A stretch of DNA of 64,000 nt from Candidatus Woesearchaeota archaeon (GTDB taxonomy: Archaea; Nanobdellota; Nanobdellia; Woesearchaeales; GW2011-AR4). The stretch is taken from positions 7,256-71,255 of the forward strand of contig JACPMR010000015.1 in NCBI GenBank assembly GCA_016185945.1, given 5' to 3'. The first letter of the stretch is position 1, and each line of letters opens with the position of its first letter. Shown in pieces: positions 18,236 to 27,797 of the stretch. Below the pieces are notes generated by a model. The model did not search any database. It worked only from the letters and a program-made list of their open reading frames with translations, and was not told where the DNA came from. Position numbers and translations under genes: made by a program.

Positions 18236-18604
18236 TTATCTTACAAACTCGACGTTTTCGAAGCCTTTGAATGCATAATCTCCTGTCACGAATTTTAAGT
18301 TTAATTTTAATGCAGCCACATATCCAATGCAATCAGTAAAGCTAAATCTTTTTTTATTATTTGCAAGTTTGAACTTATTTGCGTCTTTGATTATATCATC
18401 ATCTGTGCTCATGATTAATGGCAGTATAAGATTGTATATTCTTTCTGCCTCTTCATTTCCAAAATTCTTCAAGTAATAGAAATGAATTTCCATAATGTTA
18501 AATATTGTTGTTCCGGCTTCTATCGGGCTGATAGAGTAATTACTGTACTTAGGGTTTTGTGTAGCTATTTCTATCAGCGCATAAGTGTCCAGAAAGTATT
18601 GCAT
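18236..18604 (-). CDS. vapC: VapC-like PIN-domain toxin
   Basis: YFLDTYALIE, SFTDCIGY, VTGDYAF; start at ATG 18604. Confidence 0.9.
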   Translation of the reverse strand: MQYFLDTYALIEIATQNPKYSNYSISPIEAGTTIFNIMEIHFYYLKNFGNEEAERIYNLILPLIMSTDDDIIKDANKFKLANNKKRFSFTDCIGYVAALKLNLKFVTGDYAFKGFENVEFVR

Positions 18605-18605
18605 T

Positions 18606-18818
18606 TTACCTATTCCATTCCTTCCTAAGCTCGTCTTTTGCCTTCTGCGCATCAATTTTTAGATGCTTGCTTGCGCCCCACAATTTGCTTAAATCAACTT
18701 TCGGGATAATCTCGAAAGTAACTTCCTGGCCGACTTTTAGTTTTCTCTCTTTGACATAATGCGGAGGAACAGTCAAAACAATGCTGTTTCCTGACTTCCT
18801 GACTCTTGTAGTTGGCAT
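18606..18818 (-). CDS. AbrB/MazE-type antitoxin (VapB)
   Basis: RVRKSGNSIVLTVP...LKVGQEV; GGTGA RBS; TATGTAATACATA palindrome just upstream. Confidence 0.88.
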   Translation of the reverse strand: MPTTRVRKSGNSIVLTVPPHYVKERKLKVGQEVTFEIIPKVDLSKLWGASKHLKIDAQKAKDELRKEWNR

Positions 18819-18917
18819 ATTAATCACCTATGTAATACATATGTAATACGGAAGTATTTAAAGGTTTTGGGTAGGAATATAGGAAATATTTAAATTATCA
18901 AAACTTATCCTGTATAT

Positions 18918-19703
18918 ATGAAAGAGAAAGCTGTAGAAAAAGTGGAAAATTTCATTGATTTATCCATGCCTATTGTGAAAGCCGCTGTTAACATACCTAC
19001 TTTAGGTTTTGGTGGAGCTGTTATCGAAATATTTCAAACTGACTACCGATTATCAAAAGAAAGGAATATTAAAGAGTTTTTTGAAAGTATAGACAAAAAA
19101 CTAAAGGAAATAGGAATACAAATTGATGAGACAATTAAAGAAAGGCTGAAATCTCCTGAATTCTATCAGATTATCACAAGAATACTAACTAAAATTCAAA
19201 TAGAAAGTAGAAAAGAAATAAGAGAGATTTATTCAAATTTACTTATTCAATTACTTAAGGAAGAACCAAAAATTAATTTTAATCAAAAATTATTTTATTT
19301 AGAAATATTGGGAAATTTAAATGAAGACCATATTAAAATATTAAGTGTTTTTTATAAGGAAGGGGAAGTAAAAAGCAGATTTAGACTAGATTCACTTTAT
19401 GAAAAGACTCGATGTTATGAAACCAAGAAATTAAAAAAAGGTGATCCAGATTTTGATTTTATGGGATTTAAAGAACGGAAAACTCTAAATTATGCGAAAT
19501 CTTCTTATTTTAAAGGTTTAGTAAGTGACTTAGTTGGTAAACAAATAATTGATATTTTTCAAGAAATTGAATCAACCCCAGAATACAAAGAAGAGGGAGA
19601 TGTTAGAAAAGAGTTAAAATCTATTGAATCAGAAATAAAGGAAGAATATGAAGGAACAGAATTGGGATTAAGTTTCTATAAATTTGTTCTGACTTATAAA
19701 TGA
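18918..19703 (+). CDS. Hypothetical protein, Abi-alpha/DUF4393-like
   Basis: Helical body with IREIYSNLL...ILGNLNEDHIKIL and a C-terminal TELGLSFYKFV wHTH-type end; AT-rich; family call is from pattern memory. Confidence 0.45.
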   Translation: MKEKAVEKVENFIDLSMPIVKAAVNIPTLGFGGAVIEIFQTDYRLSKERNIKEFFESIDKKLKEIGIQIDETIKERLKSPEFYQIITRILTKIQIESRKEIREIYSNLLIQLLKEEPKINFNQKLFYLEILGNLNEDHIKILSVFYKEGEVKSRFRLDSLYEKTRCYETKKLKKGDPDFDFMGFKERKTLNYAKSSYFKGLVSDLVGKQIIDIFQEIESTPEYKEEGDVRKELKSIESEIKEEYEGTELGLSFYKFVLTYK

Positions 19704-19744
19704 AAAATCAAAATTTTTAAAGGAATTCAGATTAATTTTTGAAC

Positions 19745-20635
19745 ATGGATAATTCAATCAAAGAAAAGATAAAAAATCACATTTTAGAGCATGGATTTTT
19801 ATTAGAAGAAGAAACTAAAACTTTCTTAGAGTTACAAGGATGGGAATGTGAAAGAAATGCTCATTTCGTCGATCAAGATGTTCCAACCGAATCAAGAGAG
19901 ATTGATATAATTGCCCGTAATTTTAGTTGGTATAAAAATTTTGACCCAAAAAGGATTCTAGTTAGATTTGATTTAATAATTGAATGTAAAAACTATAAAG
20001 ATCCAATAGTATTTTTTTCTACTAATAAAACTAGAGAGGACAAAGAAATTTTCTTTTCAAAAGAATTGATCAATTTTTTTACTACCCATGATACTGTTTA
20101 CGTGCCTATTCCAGAATCACAAAATAAAAAAGTTATATCTGTTGCTGAATTCTTGAAAATTGATAAATATCATCATTTTTTTAATAGTAATTTAAAAGCC
20201 ACAAACCTTAATTTATCAAGAGTTAAGTCTGATTATTCATTCTCAAATATAAAATTATATGAAGCTACTATATTACCATTAATCAAAGCAAATGACTGGT
20301 ACAGAGCAGACCGTAAGAATAGTGTTAAACTTTTTGCTGGAAATAGTATCCACGTACCATTTTCATTTATTATTCCAATTTTAGTACTTGGTAATGATTT
20401 TTTTGAAGCATATTTTGAAAATGGAGAGCTTAAATTAAAAAAATCAGATTATATTCAATTTATTTCTGATTATAGATCCAAAAATATAAATGGACGTTTC
20501 CAAATTGATATAGTGAATAAAAGTTATTTTGAAAATTATCTAAAAGAAAAAGTAGATGTGACTATTAATAAGGTTAGTGAAGTTATATTAAATAACTTCC
20601 AAGATATAGATAGATTTAGTCATATTTCAAATTAA
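19745..20635 (+). CDS. PD-(D/E)xK restriction-endonuclease-like protein
   Basis: GFLLE...REIDIIA...LIIECK. Confidence 0.7.
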   Translation: MDNSIKEKIKNHILEHGFLLEEETKTFLELQGWECERNAHFVDQDVPTESREIDIIARNFSWYKNFDPKRILVRFDLIIECKNYKDPIVFFSTNKTREDKEIFFSKELINFFTTHDTVYVPIPESQNKKVISVAEFLKIDKYHHFFNSNLKATNLNLSRVKSDYSFSNIKLYEATILPLIKANDWYRADRKNSVKLFAGNSIHVPFSFIIPILVLGNDFFEAYFENGELKLKKSDYIQFISDYRSKNINGRFQIDIVNKSYFENYLKEKVDVTINKVSEVILNNFQDIDRFSHISN

Positions 20636-20643
20636 AAATATAA

Positions 20644-21039
20644 TTATTTAATAATTGAAGTATTAATAAGATTTTGTGTAGTTCCTAAATATCCTCCAAA
20701 CCATAAAGCTGCTATGATTAAGATAGAAAAGGAACCGTATGCTAAAAAACTAATTTGATAGAACTCAACTGGAAGACTTTCTTTTGATAGATAAGCTACT
20801 AAGGCAATTATACCTATAATTGTACCAATATTAAGATAAATTTGAAACCAGTTAGGTAAATTATTGAAATAATGATAAAAGATCTGCCATAATAATAAAG
20901 AATTTAAAAAAATGCCAACTCTTCCTATATAAGATTGTCTAAATTCAACAATACCTGCAACTACTAATCCTATCATAGCAATATATGATAGGGATTTTGG
21001 TAGTATTATTAATGTCTCAATCATTAAAGGTGTTGTCAT
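20644..21039 (-). CDS. Small 4-TM membrane protein
   Basis: Hydrophobic segments; ATG start; AT-rich island. Confidence 0.55.
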   Translation of the reverse strand: MTTPLMIETLIILPKSLSYIAMIGLVVAGIVEFRQSYIGRVGIFLNSLLLWQIFYHYFNNLPNWFQIYLNIGTIIGIIALVAYLSKESLPVEFYQISFLAYGSFSILIIAALWFGGYLGTTQNLINTSIIK

Positions 21040-21082
21040 GGTTATAAATTAATAAAAATAATGTTTAAATTTATTGACTAAG

Positions 21083-21394
21083 TTAAGAGTTTATTACATC
21101 TTGTGCAATTTTCTTATAAATTAAATGTAATAAATTATATTTATTATTTTTTTTATTTATCTGGAAATATTTTGATTTATCATCTTCCCTTGTTTGTACA
21201 ATTAAATTTTTATCTAATAAATCTTTAATTGCATTTCTAACTGCTGTTCTTGATAATCCAGTACCTTTATGAATTTGAGTTATGGTAAAATCAAAATTCT
21301 CTCCTAAAAAAAAGAAATCAAGAACTTTAATGGTATTATTAGTACCAAAAACATTTTCAAAAAGGGGTTTACCTAAAAGTAATTTTTGTTTCAT
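21083..21394 (-). CDS. Winged-HTH transcriptional regulator
   Basis: IKVLDFF...TITQIHKGTGLSRTAVRNAIKDLL; GAGGTGA RBS. Confidence 0.8.
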   Translation of the reverse strand: MKQKLLLGKPLFENVFGTNNTIKVLDFFFLGENFDFTITQIHKGTGLSRTAVRNAIKDLLDKNLIVQTREDDKSKYFQINKKNNKYNLLHLIYKKIAQDVINS

Positions 21395-21459
21395 CGCCAA
21401 TTCACCTCTTATTTGAAAATGACTACTGAAGTATTATAATAAATCATAAAGTTTAAATA

Positions 21460-21503
21460 TCAGTACACCCTAACTCCTTATAGGTGTATGTTAGGGTGAC
21501 TGA
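21460..21503. promoter_or_regulatory. Inverted repeat upstream of the wHTH regulator (operator or terminator)
   Basis: TCAGT-A-CACCCTAAC...GTTAGGGTG-ACTGA. Confidence 0.45.
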
Positions 21504-21516
21504 CAAAAAACTTTTC

Positions 21517-21729
21517 TTATCTTTTTCTTGGAACAAAAGTTAACTTACCATTTTTCAATGGAATAATTTCCTTTCTTTCAATCAAGCCATCAATTGATTT
21601 ATCCGAATTTTTGGTATTTATACCAATATTTTTTAGATAAACAACAATCTCTGCTCGATGAAAGCTGGTTATTCCAGCGTTCTTTAATTCGATAAGATAG
21701 TTTTGTACTATGTTATCTATGGGCCTCAT
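21517..21729 (-). CDS. Small basic wHTH-like hypothetical protein
   Basis: GGTGA RBS before MRPIDN; helix-helix-wing pattern. Confidence 0.45.
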   Translation of the reverse strand: MRPIDNIVQNYLIELKNAGITSFHRAEIVVYLKNIGINTKNSDKSIDGLIERKEIIPLKNGKLTFVPRKR

Positions 21730-21970
21730 CGTAATCACCTTCCCCCACCGACCCAAGCAGGTTTAAACATGATTTTTCAGGAGGAAAAATCAATGGCAAA
21801 TACAACAATTTCTTTTTGGAAGGTGATTAGTCGTTGCCGACTAACAAGATGTGTTATTCTTAGAGTTTATAAATGTTTCCTTTTTAGAACATTATCGTCT
21901 TAAAAAAGACATAAACTAAACCTATAGATTTGGAATAAACCCTTTCTAAACCTCCACTTCCCTCTCCACC

Positions 21971-21995
21971 ACAATCTTCCCTGTCACACTCCTCA
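21971..21995 (-). repeat. Diverged duplicate of the radical SAM gene 3' end (direct repeat of 22352-22376)
   Basis: 22/25 nt identical; both copies encode RSVTGK(I/V)V. Confidence 0.7.
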
Positions 21996-22124
21996 CTATT
22001 TGATTGATTATCTCCAAATCATAGAATTGTTTTAGTGAAAGCATTCATAGCCTCAAAAAGCATTCAAATACCACTGGACATTCCCAGACAAAGTATTTAA
22101 AGCAATACTTGTACTCATGCCAAC

Positions 22125-22352
22125 ATGGAGCCTGAAAACGCCCTTGTAGTATTCCAAGGCAAGAAAATAAGGAGAACTTGGTTTAATGATGAGTGGTGGT
22201 TTGTAGCCGTTGATATTGTAGAGGCATTGACTGACTCAAAAGACCCTAATGGCTATTTAAAGGATATGCGAAGGAGGGATGAAGGCTTTGCTCAAGGATG
22301 GGGGCAAATTGCCACCCCCCTTTCTATTGATACACCACTTCCACTTTCTTAA
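22125..22352 (+). pseudogene. Truncated Bro-N domain gene
   Basis: FQGKKIRRTWFNDEWWFVAVDIVEALTDS...WGQIATPL, then runs antisense into the radical SAM 3' end. Confidence 0.75.
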
Positions 22353-23814
22353 CAACCTTCCCAGTCACGCTCCTCAACATCTGCCCCGTAACCTCAATGT
22401 CATAAAACTTCTTCAACTCTAGTCTTCCTTTAACCCCAACAATGATAGGATATGTTCCAAATTGACGGCAAAAAGTTGTATTCCCATCATAAATCTCGGC
22501 ATAGCAATTAGTCAAAACTGTTCCATTTGGAATTACTCTCTGGAGCATTGGCCAGTCAATCTTCTGCCTTATGTCATTGCGCCATTTCCAATATAATTTC
22601 TTGTTCTTCTTCAGGAACTTGTCTTTGCCTTCATTGTACAAAGAAGTGCCTTCAAATATTGCAACCTGCCTAATATTTATCCTGCGAAGCATCAATCCTT
22701 CATTGTAAATTCTTGAAAGCCATTTCATGTTTTCTTCATGCGTTTTCTTGGTTTCATTCCTCAAGCCGAATATTATGTTGACTCCGGGCAAAAACTTAGG
22801 AAGTCCATCAGAGCCTCCTTCAGAGCCATACTTGTTCAAAATCTTAATTGCTTCATAAGCAATATTTGGCGGAGTGTTCAAAGTGTTTGCCTTGACAACT
22901 TCCATGTCAAATGATTCAATTCCAAAAGCAGCTATGTTGCCTGAAGTGCAATACTTCACAACAGCTTTTGTGATTGCAAAATCATTCTGCCTGTCCATCA
23001 CAACTTTTACAGGGTTTACATTGTCAATGTGCAAAACTTTTATGCCAGGGCATTTCTCATTGATTTCTTTTAACAATTCAGCAGCATAAGGCAAAGTGTA
23101 AAAGCATGTCTGCTTTCCCAATCTAAAGTAGCGAGCGCCAAGCTTGTAAAACTCAATAATTTCATTCAGAACATCCTCTTTATTCCTGAACTCAACCTTA
23201 TTCTTCAAAGGCTCTGTGCAGAAAGAGCATTTTCCAATGTCGCAGCCATGCCCTGTCTCAATCTCAACCATTCTCAAGCCAGGAATCTGTTTTATGATTG
23301 ATGCCCCTTTAACGGAATATTCCTTAACATCCTTGTACGGAAAATTAAACATCAAATGCTCAACCTTGTCAAAAATGCTTAAATCCGCCTTCTCAAAGAA
23401 CCTGCCTCCGAATAATTGCGTGCCAAACACGGCAGGCCCTGTCAAAATCTTCCTGCATTTCAAATCCTTTAACATCGGGATAATCTCGTGCAAAGTGCCA
23501 GGCACAGCAGAAAGATACTTTCCGGGAACGTGAACGCCAAGAACAACAACCAAAGTTTGTGTTTCCTCCAATATTTTTTCAATATTTTTGTGATTTACAG
23601 TCAGATTGTATGTTGTTATGTCGGTTTTTTGTGATAATTTTGTCTCCTTGACAATTCCGTTATGCTTCTTCCATAACCTCAAATCATCAATTGTCAGGTA
23701 ATTAACATCTTCATTAAGGTAGCCGGCTATGTACCTTGGGTATGTGCCAAGGTAAGGAGGCACTCCCAAGCCAGCGGGCTCGTCAGTATAGCAGTCAATT
23801 ATAGTATAAGTCAT
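22324..23814 (-). CDS. Radical SAM protein (COG1031-like)
   Basis: IIDCYTDEPAGLGVPPY, GCDIGKCSFCTEP, RRINIRQV, RQFGTYPI. Confidence 0.85.
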   Translation of the reverse strand: MTYTIIDCYTDEPAGLGVPPYLGTYPRYIAGYLNEDVNYLTIDDLRLWKKHNGIVKETKLSQKTDITTYNLTVNHKNIEKILEETQTLVVVLGVHVPGKYLSAVPGTLHEIIPMLKDLKCRKILTGPAVFGTQLFGGRFFEKADLSIFDKVEHLMFNFPYKDVKEYSVKGASIIKQIPGLRMVEIETGHGCDIGKCSFCTEPLKNKVEFRNKEDVLNEIIEFYKLGARYFRLGKQTCFYTLPYAAELLKEINEKCPGIKVLHIDNVNPVKVVMDRQNDFAITKAVVKYCTSGNIAAFGIESFDMEVVKANTLNTPPNIAYEAIKILNKYGSEGGSDGLPKFLPGVNIIFGLRNETKKTHEENMKWLSRIYNEGLMLRRINIRQVAIFEGTSLYNEGKDKFLKKNKKLYWKWRNDIRQKIDWPMLQRVIPNGTVLTNCYAEIYDGNTTFCRQFGTYPIIVGVKGRLELKKFYDIEVTGQMLRSVTGKVVKKVEVVYQ

Positions 23815-23895
23815 AAGAAAATAGTATTCTTAGCAACTTAAAAATCTTTTTATGTGTTATAAGTTTATACGCAATTAAAATATAAATAAAAAATT

Positions 23896-24042
23896 CAATC
23901 ACGATGGCGACCCATGCGCTTCCTAAGCTAAAATGGGTGCCCCGCATACTTCTTTGGCACTTTATCATCAGCAATCAAGTGCAAGCATCAGAGGCTGTGG
24001 TTCCCTTATCACGATGGTATAGACAGGGAAGCCCAGTGATTG
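23896..24042. repeat. Family-1 element, 147 bp
   Basis: CAATCACGATGGCGACCCAT-N17-ATGGGTGCCCCGC, core 23957-23982, GGTTCCCT-N18-AGGGAAGCC, GTGATTG. Confidence 0.92.
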
Positions 24043-24169
24043 AAAATTTTTAAAACTTAGTTTTTTATGTACGAATTGATTATATTCTTTAAAATATATA
24101 TCAAACTTGCATTTTTAGCAAAAAGCTTAAATAGACATATTTTGAAATATTCTCTTTACACACAAGGAG

Positions 24170-24535
24170 GTGGTGTATATCGCAGATGTACAGAAAACAT
24201 ATGCAATGGTTATAGGTGCAGTTCTTGTGCTTGTAGGGTTAATCGGATTCTTCAATGCGCCTATATTTGGAGTGTTTGGAGTCAACACAGCGCAGAACTT
24301 GTTGCATCTTGTGGGAGGAGCCTTAATGCTCTGGTTTGGATACAAAGGAAGCGGCAAGACAGCCAACACATGGCTTGGCTACATCTCAGCTGTTGTAGCT
24401 GTTCTCGGCTTTGTGCCAGGAGCAAAGGATTTGCTTGCAAGCATTTTTGCCATCAACATGGCAATAACATGGCTGCACGCAGCAATAGCTGTTGTTTCAT
24501 TGGGAGTTGCTTTTGGAGTTAAAGGTGCAGCATAA
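24170..24535 (+). CDS. DUF4383-like 4-TM membrane protein (start codon uncertain)
   Basis: FGVFGVN.AQNLLHL, WLH motifs; GGAGGTG RBS. Confidence 0.75.
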   Translation: MVYIADVQKTYAMVIGAVLVLVGLIGFFNAPIFGVFGVNTAQNLLHLVGGALMLWFGYKGSGKTANTWLGYISAVVAVLGFVPGAKDLLASIFAINMAITWLHAAIAVVSLGVAFGVKGAA

Positions 24536-24555
24536 GCTGCATTCTTTTTTCTTTT

Positions 24556-24750
24556 ATGAAGAATAAAATTTTTGATGTGCTAGGAACCATATTGCTATTT
24601 ATTGGATTTTTTCTTGCCTTTTTGCCGCATGCAGTACATACCACTATCGGCTTAGGTGGTGAAACTTCACATTTCAGGCATATCTTAATAGGAATGGCAC
24701 TTGTGATAATTTCACTTGTTATTTTAATAAAAAACAGACACCAAAAGTAA
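24556..24750 (+). CDS. Small 2-TM His-containing membrane protein
   Basis: 64 aa; LPHAVH...SHFRH loop. Confidence 0.55.
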   Translation: MKNKIFDVLGTILLFIGFFLAFLPHAVHTTIGLGGETSHFRHILIGMALVIISLVILIKNRHQK

Positions 24751-24924
24751 AGAATAAAAAAATATATTAAGGTCACTTAATACCCTATGCTTGATTTGAA
24801 TGGGCACAAATGTATCAAAAAGAGTAATGCTTATGCATCTATACTCACGGACAAAAATAATTATACAATAGTTGTCCGTTCGTAATATGTCGGAAATTGC
24901 AAAATAAATTATAAATTGTTGCGA

Positions 24925-25000
24925 TTTCCGCTGAGTTGAGCGAGCGAGATATGAACGCGAGCTTGCGAGCGTTCTCGCAATCGCCATGCAAGCATCGCCT
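24925..25000. repeat. REP-like GC-rich module; 24953-24979 is an inverted 26/27 match to 13238-13264
   Basis: GAACGCGAGCTTGCGAGCGTTCTCGCA. Confidence 0.7.
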
Positions 25001-25081
25001 TAGAAAATGCGCTTAAAAAATTGGACAAAAATATTAAAACACTAAACTTGGACTCTATCAACAAGAAACGGAATAGTGAAC

Positions 25082-25837
25082 ATGGCTAAAATAATACTTA
25101 ATGCTGCGTTTATACTTTTACTTTTTATTTTAATGATAATTTTAGACTCAATTTACTTCTATCTTAACTGTTATTACGGATTTTTCTCACAGGCCGGCAT
25201 TGTTAGAAGTGGTTCCCGCAACAAAAGGAACGTAGCTATCACATTCGATGACGGCCCTTCAAAGTATACGGATAAAATCCTCGATATTCTCAAAAACAGA
25301 AAGGTGAAAGCAACCTTTTTTTTGGTTGGGGAACAAGTAGGGCAATATCCGCATATTGCTAGAAGAATAGTCGAAGAGGGACATGACATAGGCAATCATT
25401 CTTTTGCCCATTCAAGGCTTTCCCTGAGGACAAAAAAGACCGTCATGGAACAAATAGAAAAAGCTGAGAGAATAATAAAAAAAATTACAGGCAAAAAAGC
25501 ATTATATTTTAGACCGCCAAATGGAAACTACGATCAAAATCTTAGAGAGATTCTTGTAAGAAAAGGCTACAAAATGGTTCTCTGGACAATATCATCTTAT
25601 GACTGGATGAATCCCGGAGTCGGTATCATCATTTCAAAGGCTACAAAACGCGCGAAAAATGGAGACATTATCCTTTTTCACGATTCGGGAGGATTAATAA
25701 AATCTCATATGATGGGCAGAGAGCAGACAATCAATGCCCTCCCAAAAGTGATTGATGAGCTAAAGAAAAAAAGATTAATGCCAGTAAAAATAAGCAGGTT
25801 ATTAAAAGATAACTACAACTCGCCGCTCGGGGGCTAA
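25082..25837 (+). CDS. Polysaccharide deacetylase (NodB), membrane-anchored
   Basis: TFDDGP, HDIGNHSFAH, FRPPNG, IILFHD. Confidence 0.93.
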   Translation: MAKIILNAAFILLLFILMIILDSIYFYLNCYYGFFSQAGIVRSGSRNKRNVAITFDDGPSKYTDKILDILKNRKVKATFFLVGEQVGQYPHIARRIVEEGHDIGNHSFAHSRLSLRTKKTVMEQIEKAERIIKKITGKKALYFRPPNGNYDQNLREILVRKGYKMVLWTISSYDWMNPGVGIIISKATKRAKNGDIILFHDSGGLIKSHMMGREQTINALPKVIDELKKKRLMPVKISRLLKDNYNSPLGG

Positions 25838-25966
25838 CTGCACCCTAAAGGGATGAGGTATTGAACTCTTGCCAATATTGCAAAAATTAAAAATTTTTCT
25901 TCACAAAATAAATCACGATTCAGAATGATAAAAAAATTTATATAAGGCTGTCAAACAGCAGTTTCC

Positions 25967-26569
25967 ATGGTATGGGAATTAACAACTGCTATTGTCATCT
26001 TGCTTTTGATTATATTCTTGTTGAATTTCTACAGAGACCCTAAGAGAAGAATACCGAAAGGAAACAATATCGTGGCTCCTGCAGATGGCAGTGTAATAAA
26101 CATTTTGAGGATAAACAAAAGTGATGCTAACATCAGAAAAGGCATGCTTGGAAAAATAAAAATATTGACAAAAGACATCGCAGAAGAATGTTATGTCATC
26201 TCTATCTTCATGTCCCCTTTAGACGTTCACATCAACAGGGCGCCTATCGACGGCAAAATAAAAGCCGTAAAATACACAAAAGGCAGGTTTTTTGAGGCGT
26301 ACAACTTGGAAAAGAGCCTTGAAAATGAAAGAAATGAAATAATAATTCAGAACAAAAAAATGAAAGTCAAGGTTATACAGGTGGCGGGCTTTCTTGCAAG
26401 GAGAATAAAATGCTATGTCAAAAAGAATCAAAAGGTTAATAAAGGGCAAAAAATAGGCATGATATCCTTGTCAAGCCAGACAACATTGGTAATTCCGGCA
26501 TGGGTGGATTTAAAGGTTGAGATTAATGATGGAATGAAAGCTGGAGAAACCATATTGGCAGAGTGGTAA
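25967..26569 (+). CDS. psd: Phosphatidylserine/archaetidylserine decarboxylase
   Basis: FYRDP.R, VAPADG, IFMSPLDVHINRAP, NERN, QVAGFLARRI. Confidence 0.92.
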   Translation: MVWELTTAIVILLLIIFLLNFYRDPKRRIPKGNNIVAPADGSVINILRINKSDANIRKGMLGKIKILTKDIAEECYVISIFMSPLDVHINRAPIDGKIKAVKYTKGRFFEAYNLEKSLENERNEIIIQNKKMKVKVIQVAGFLARRIKCYVKKNQKVNKGQKIGMISLSSQTTLVIPAWVDLKVEINDGMKAGETILAEW

Positions 26570-26572
26570 TTT

Positions 26573-27178
26573 ATGGAATTGCTGTCTATGGATTATTTAG
26601 TTGTTATTTCTATGACTATTGTATTGATTAGCGGAATATACCAATTTTATTTTTGGTGCGAGAGAAAACATATCAGACCATGCAGGAGCTTACTTACTTT
26701 TTTAGATTCTTGGTTCAGTTGCCATCCCAGCTGGATTTGGATTTACGCGGGTTTGTATTACCCGGTGATTATTCTTGCAACTTTAACCTTAAAAGACACA
26801 CGCCATTTCGCATATACCACATTTAGCTATATTGTTTTGATGTTACTACAAATGATTTTTTTTCTTCTCTTCCCAGTCGAGACTCCTGTCCAATGGAGAA
26901 AGCAGGTATCCGGTAACTCCATATCAGAAAGATTCCTTCGACTTGTTCATAAGGCAGATACTGACTCAAATTGCTTCCCAAGCATGCATGTTAGCGTTGC
27001 AATGCTTACCTCACTACATTTAACCGCTAATGTGCCGAAACTTGGTTTGTGGACACTTTTATTTCCACTCCTCATCGCACTCAGCACACTTTATACCAAG
27101 AGGCATTATTTTTTGGATACAGTTCCAGGAGCGATACTTGGATGGATAGTTTTTAGGATTTATAATTTGATATACTAA
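26573..27178 (+). CDS. PAP2-superfamily (IPC-synthase-like) membrane phosphotransferase
   Basis: NCFPSMHV, STLYTKRHYFLD. Confidence 0.8.
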   Translation: MELLSMDYLVVISMTIVLISGIYQFYFWCERKHIRPCRSLLTFLDSWFSCHPSWIWIYAGLYYPVIILATLTLKDTRHFAYTTFSYIVLMLLQMIFFLLFPVETPVQWRKQVSGNSISERFLRLVHKADTDSNCFPSMHVSVAMLTSLHLTANVPKLGLWTLLFPLLIALSTLYTKRHYFLDTVPGAILGWIVFRIYNLIY

Positions 27179-27259
27179 TGAAATCAAAAGATTAATAAAA
27201 TAAGTTTGGTTAATTTTACACTTATGATAGTTGATAAATCAAAAAACATAAATGAAACA

Positions 27260-27793
27260 ATGGTATTTTTTTCTACATTTTTGAAGAATCCAAAAGAAGT
27301 TAGCGCATTAATTCCCACTCCGAAGTTTTTAATTGACAAACTGCTGGAAGAGATTGATTTTGAAAATGCCAAGTATATTGCGGAATACGGCGCTGGCACT
27401 GGTTGTATAAGTGCCGAACTTCTCAAAAGAGCTGGAAAAGACGCAAAGATATTGTGCTTTGAATTAAATAGGACTCTGTTTAAATACCTAAAAGAGACTC
27501 TAAATGATGATAGGCTAAAAATAATTGGTGATAGTGCTGAAAAGGCAGCAGAATATGCAGTGAATTATGAAATTCCTTATTTTGATTATGTGATATCAAC
27601 ATTGCCATTCACTCATTTAGAGCCGGATACAAAAACTAAAATTCTTGTTGAAACTAAAAAGATTTTGAGCAACAAAGGAAAGTTTATATTTTACAAATTA
27701 TTCCCGCTTTACGAAAGAAACCTAAGAAAAATTTTCTCTAGAACATCGATGAAATTTGCATCTCCCTGCCTTGTATATGTATGCGGGAAGTAA
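27260..27793 (+). CDS. pmtA: Phospholipid N-methyltransferase (PmtA-like)
   Basis: FLKNPKEVSALIPT, EYGAGTG, VISTLPF; start uncertain. Confidence 0.8.
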   Translation: MVFFSTFLKNPKEVSALIPTPKFLIDKLLEEIDFENAKYIAEYGAGTGCISAELLKRAGKDAKILCFELNRTLFKYLKETLNDDRLKIIGDSAEKAAEYAVNYEIPYFDYVISTLPFTHLEPDTKTKILVETKKILSNKGKFIFYKLFPLYERNLRKIFSRTSMKFASPCLVYVCGK

Positions 27794-27797
27794 ACAA

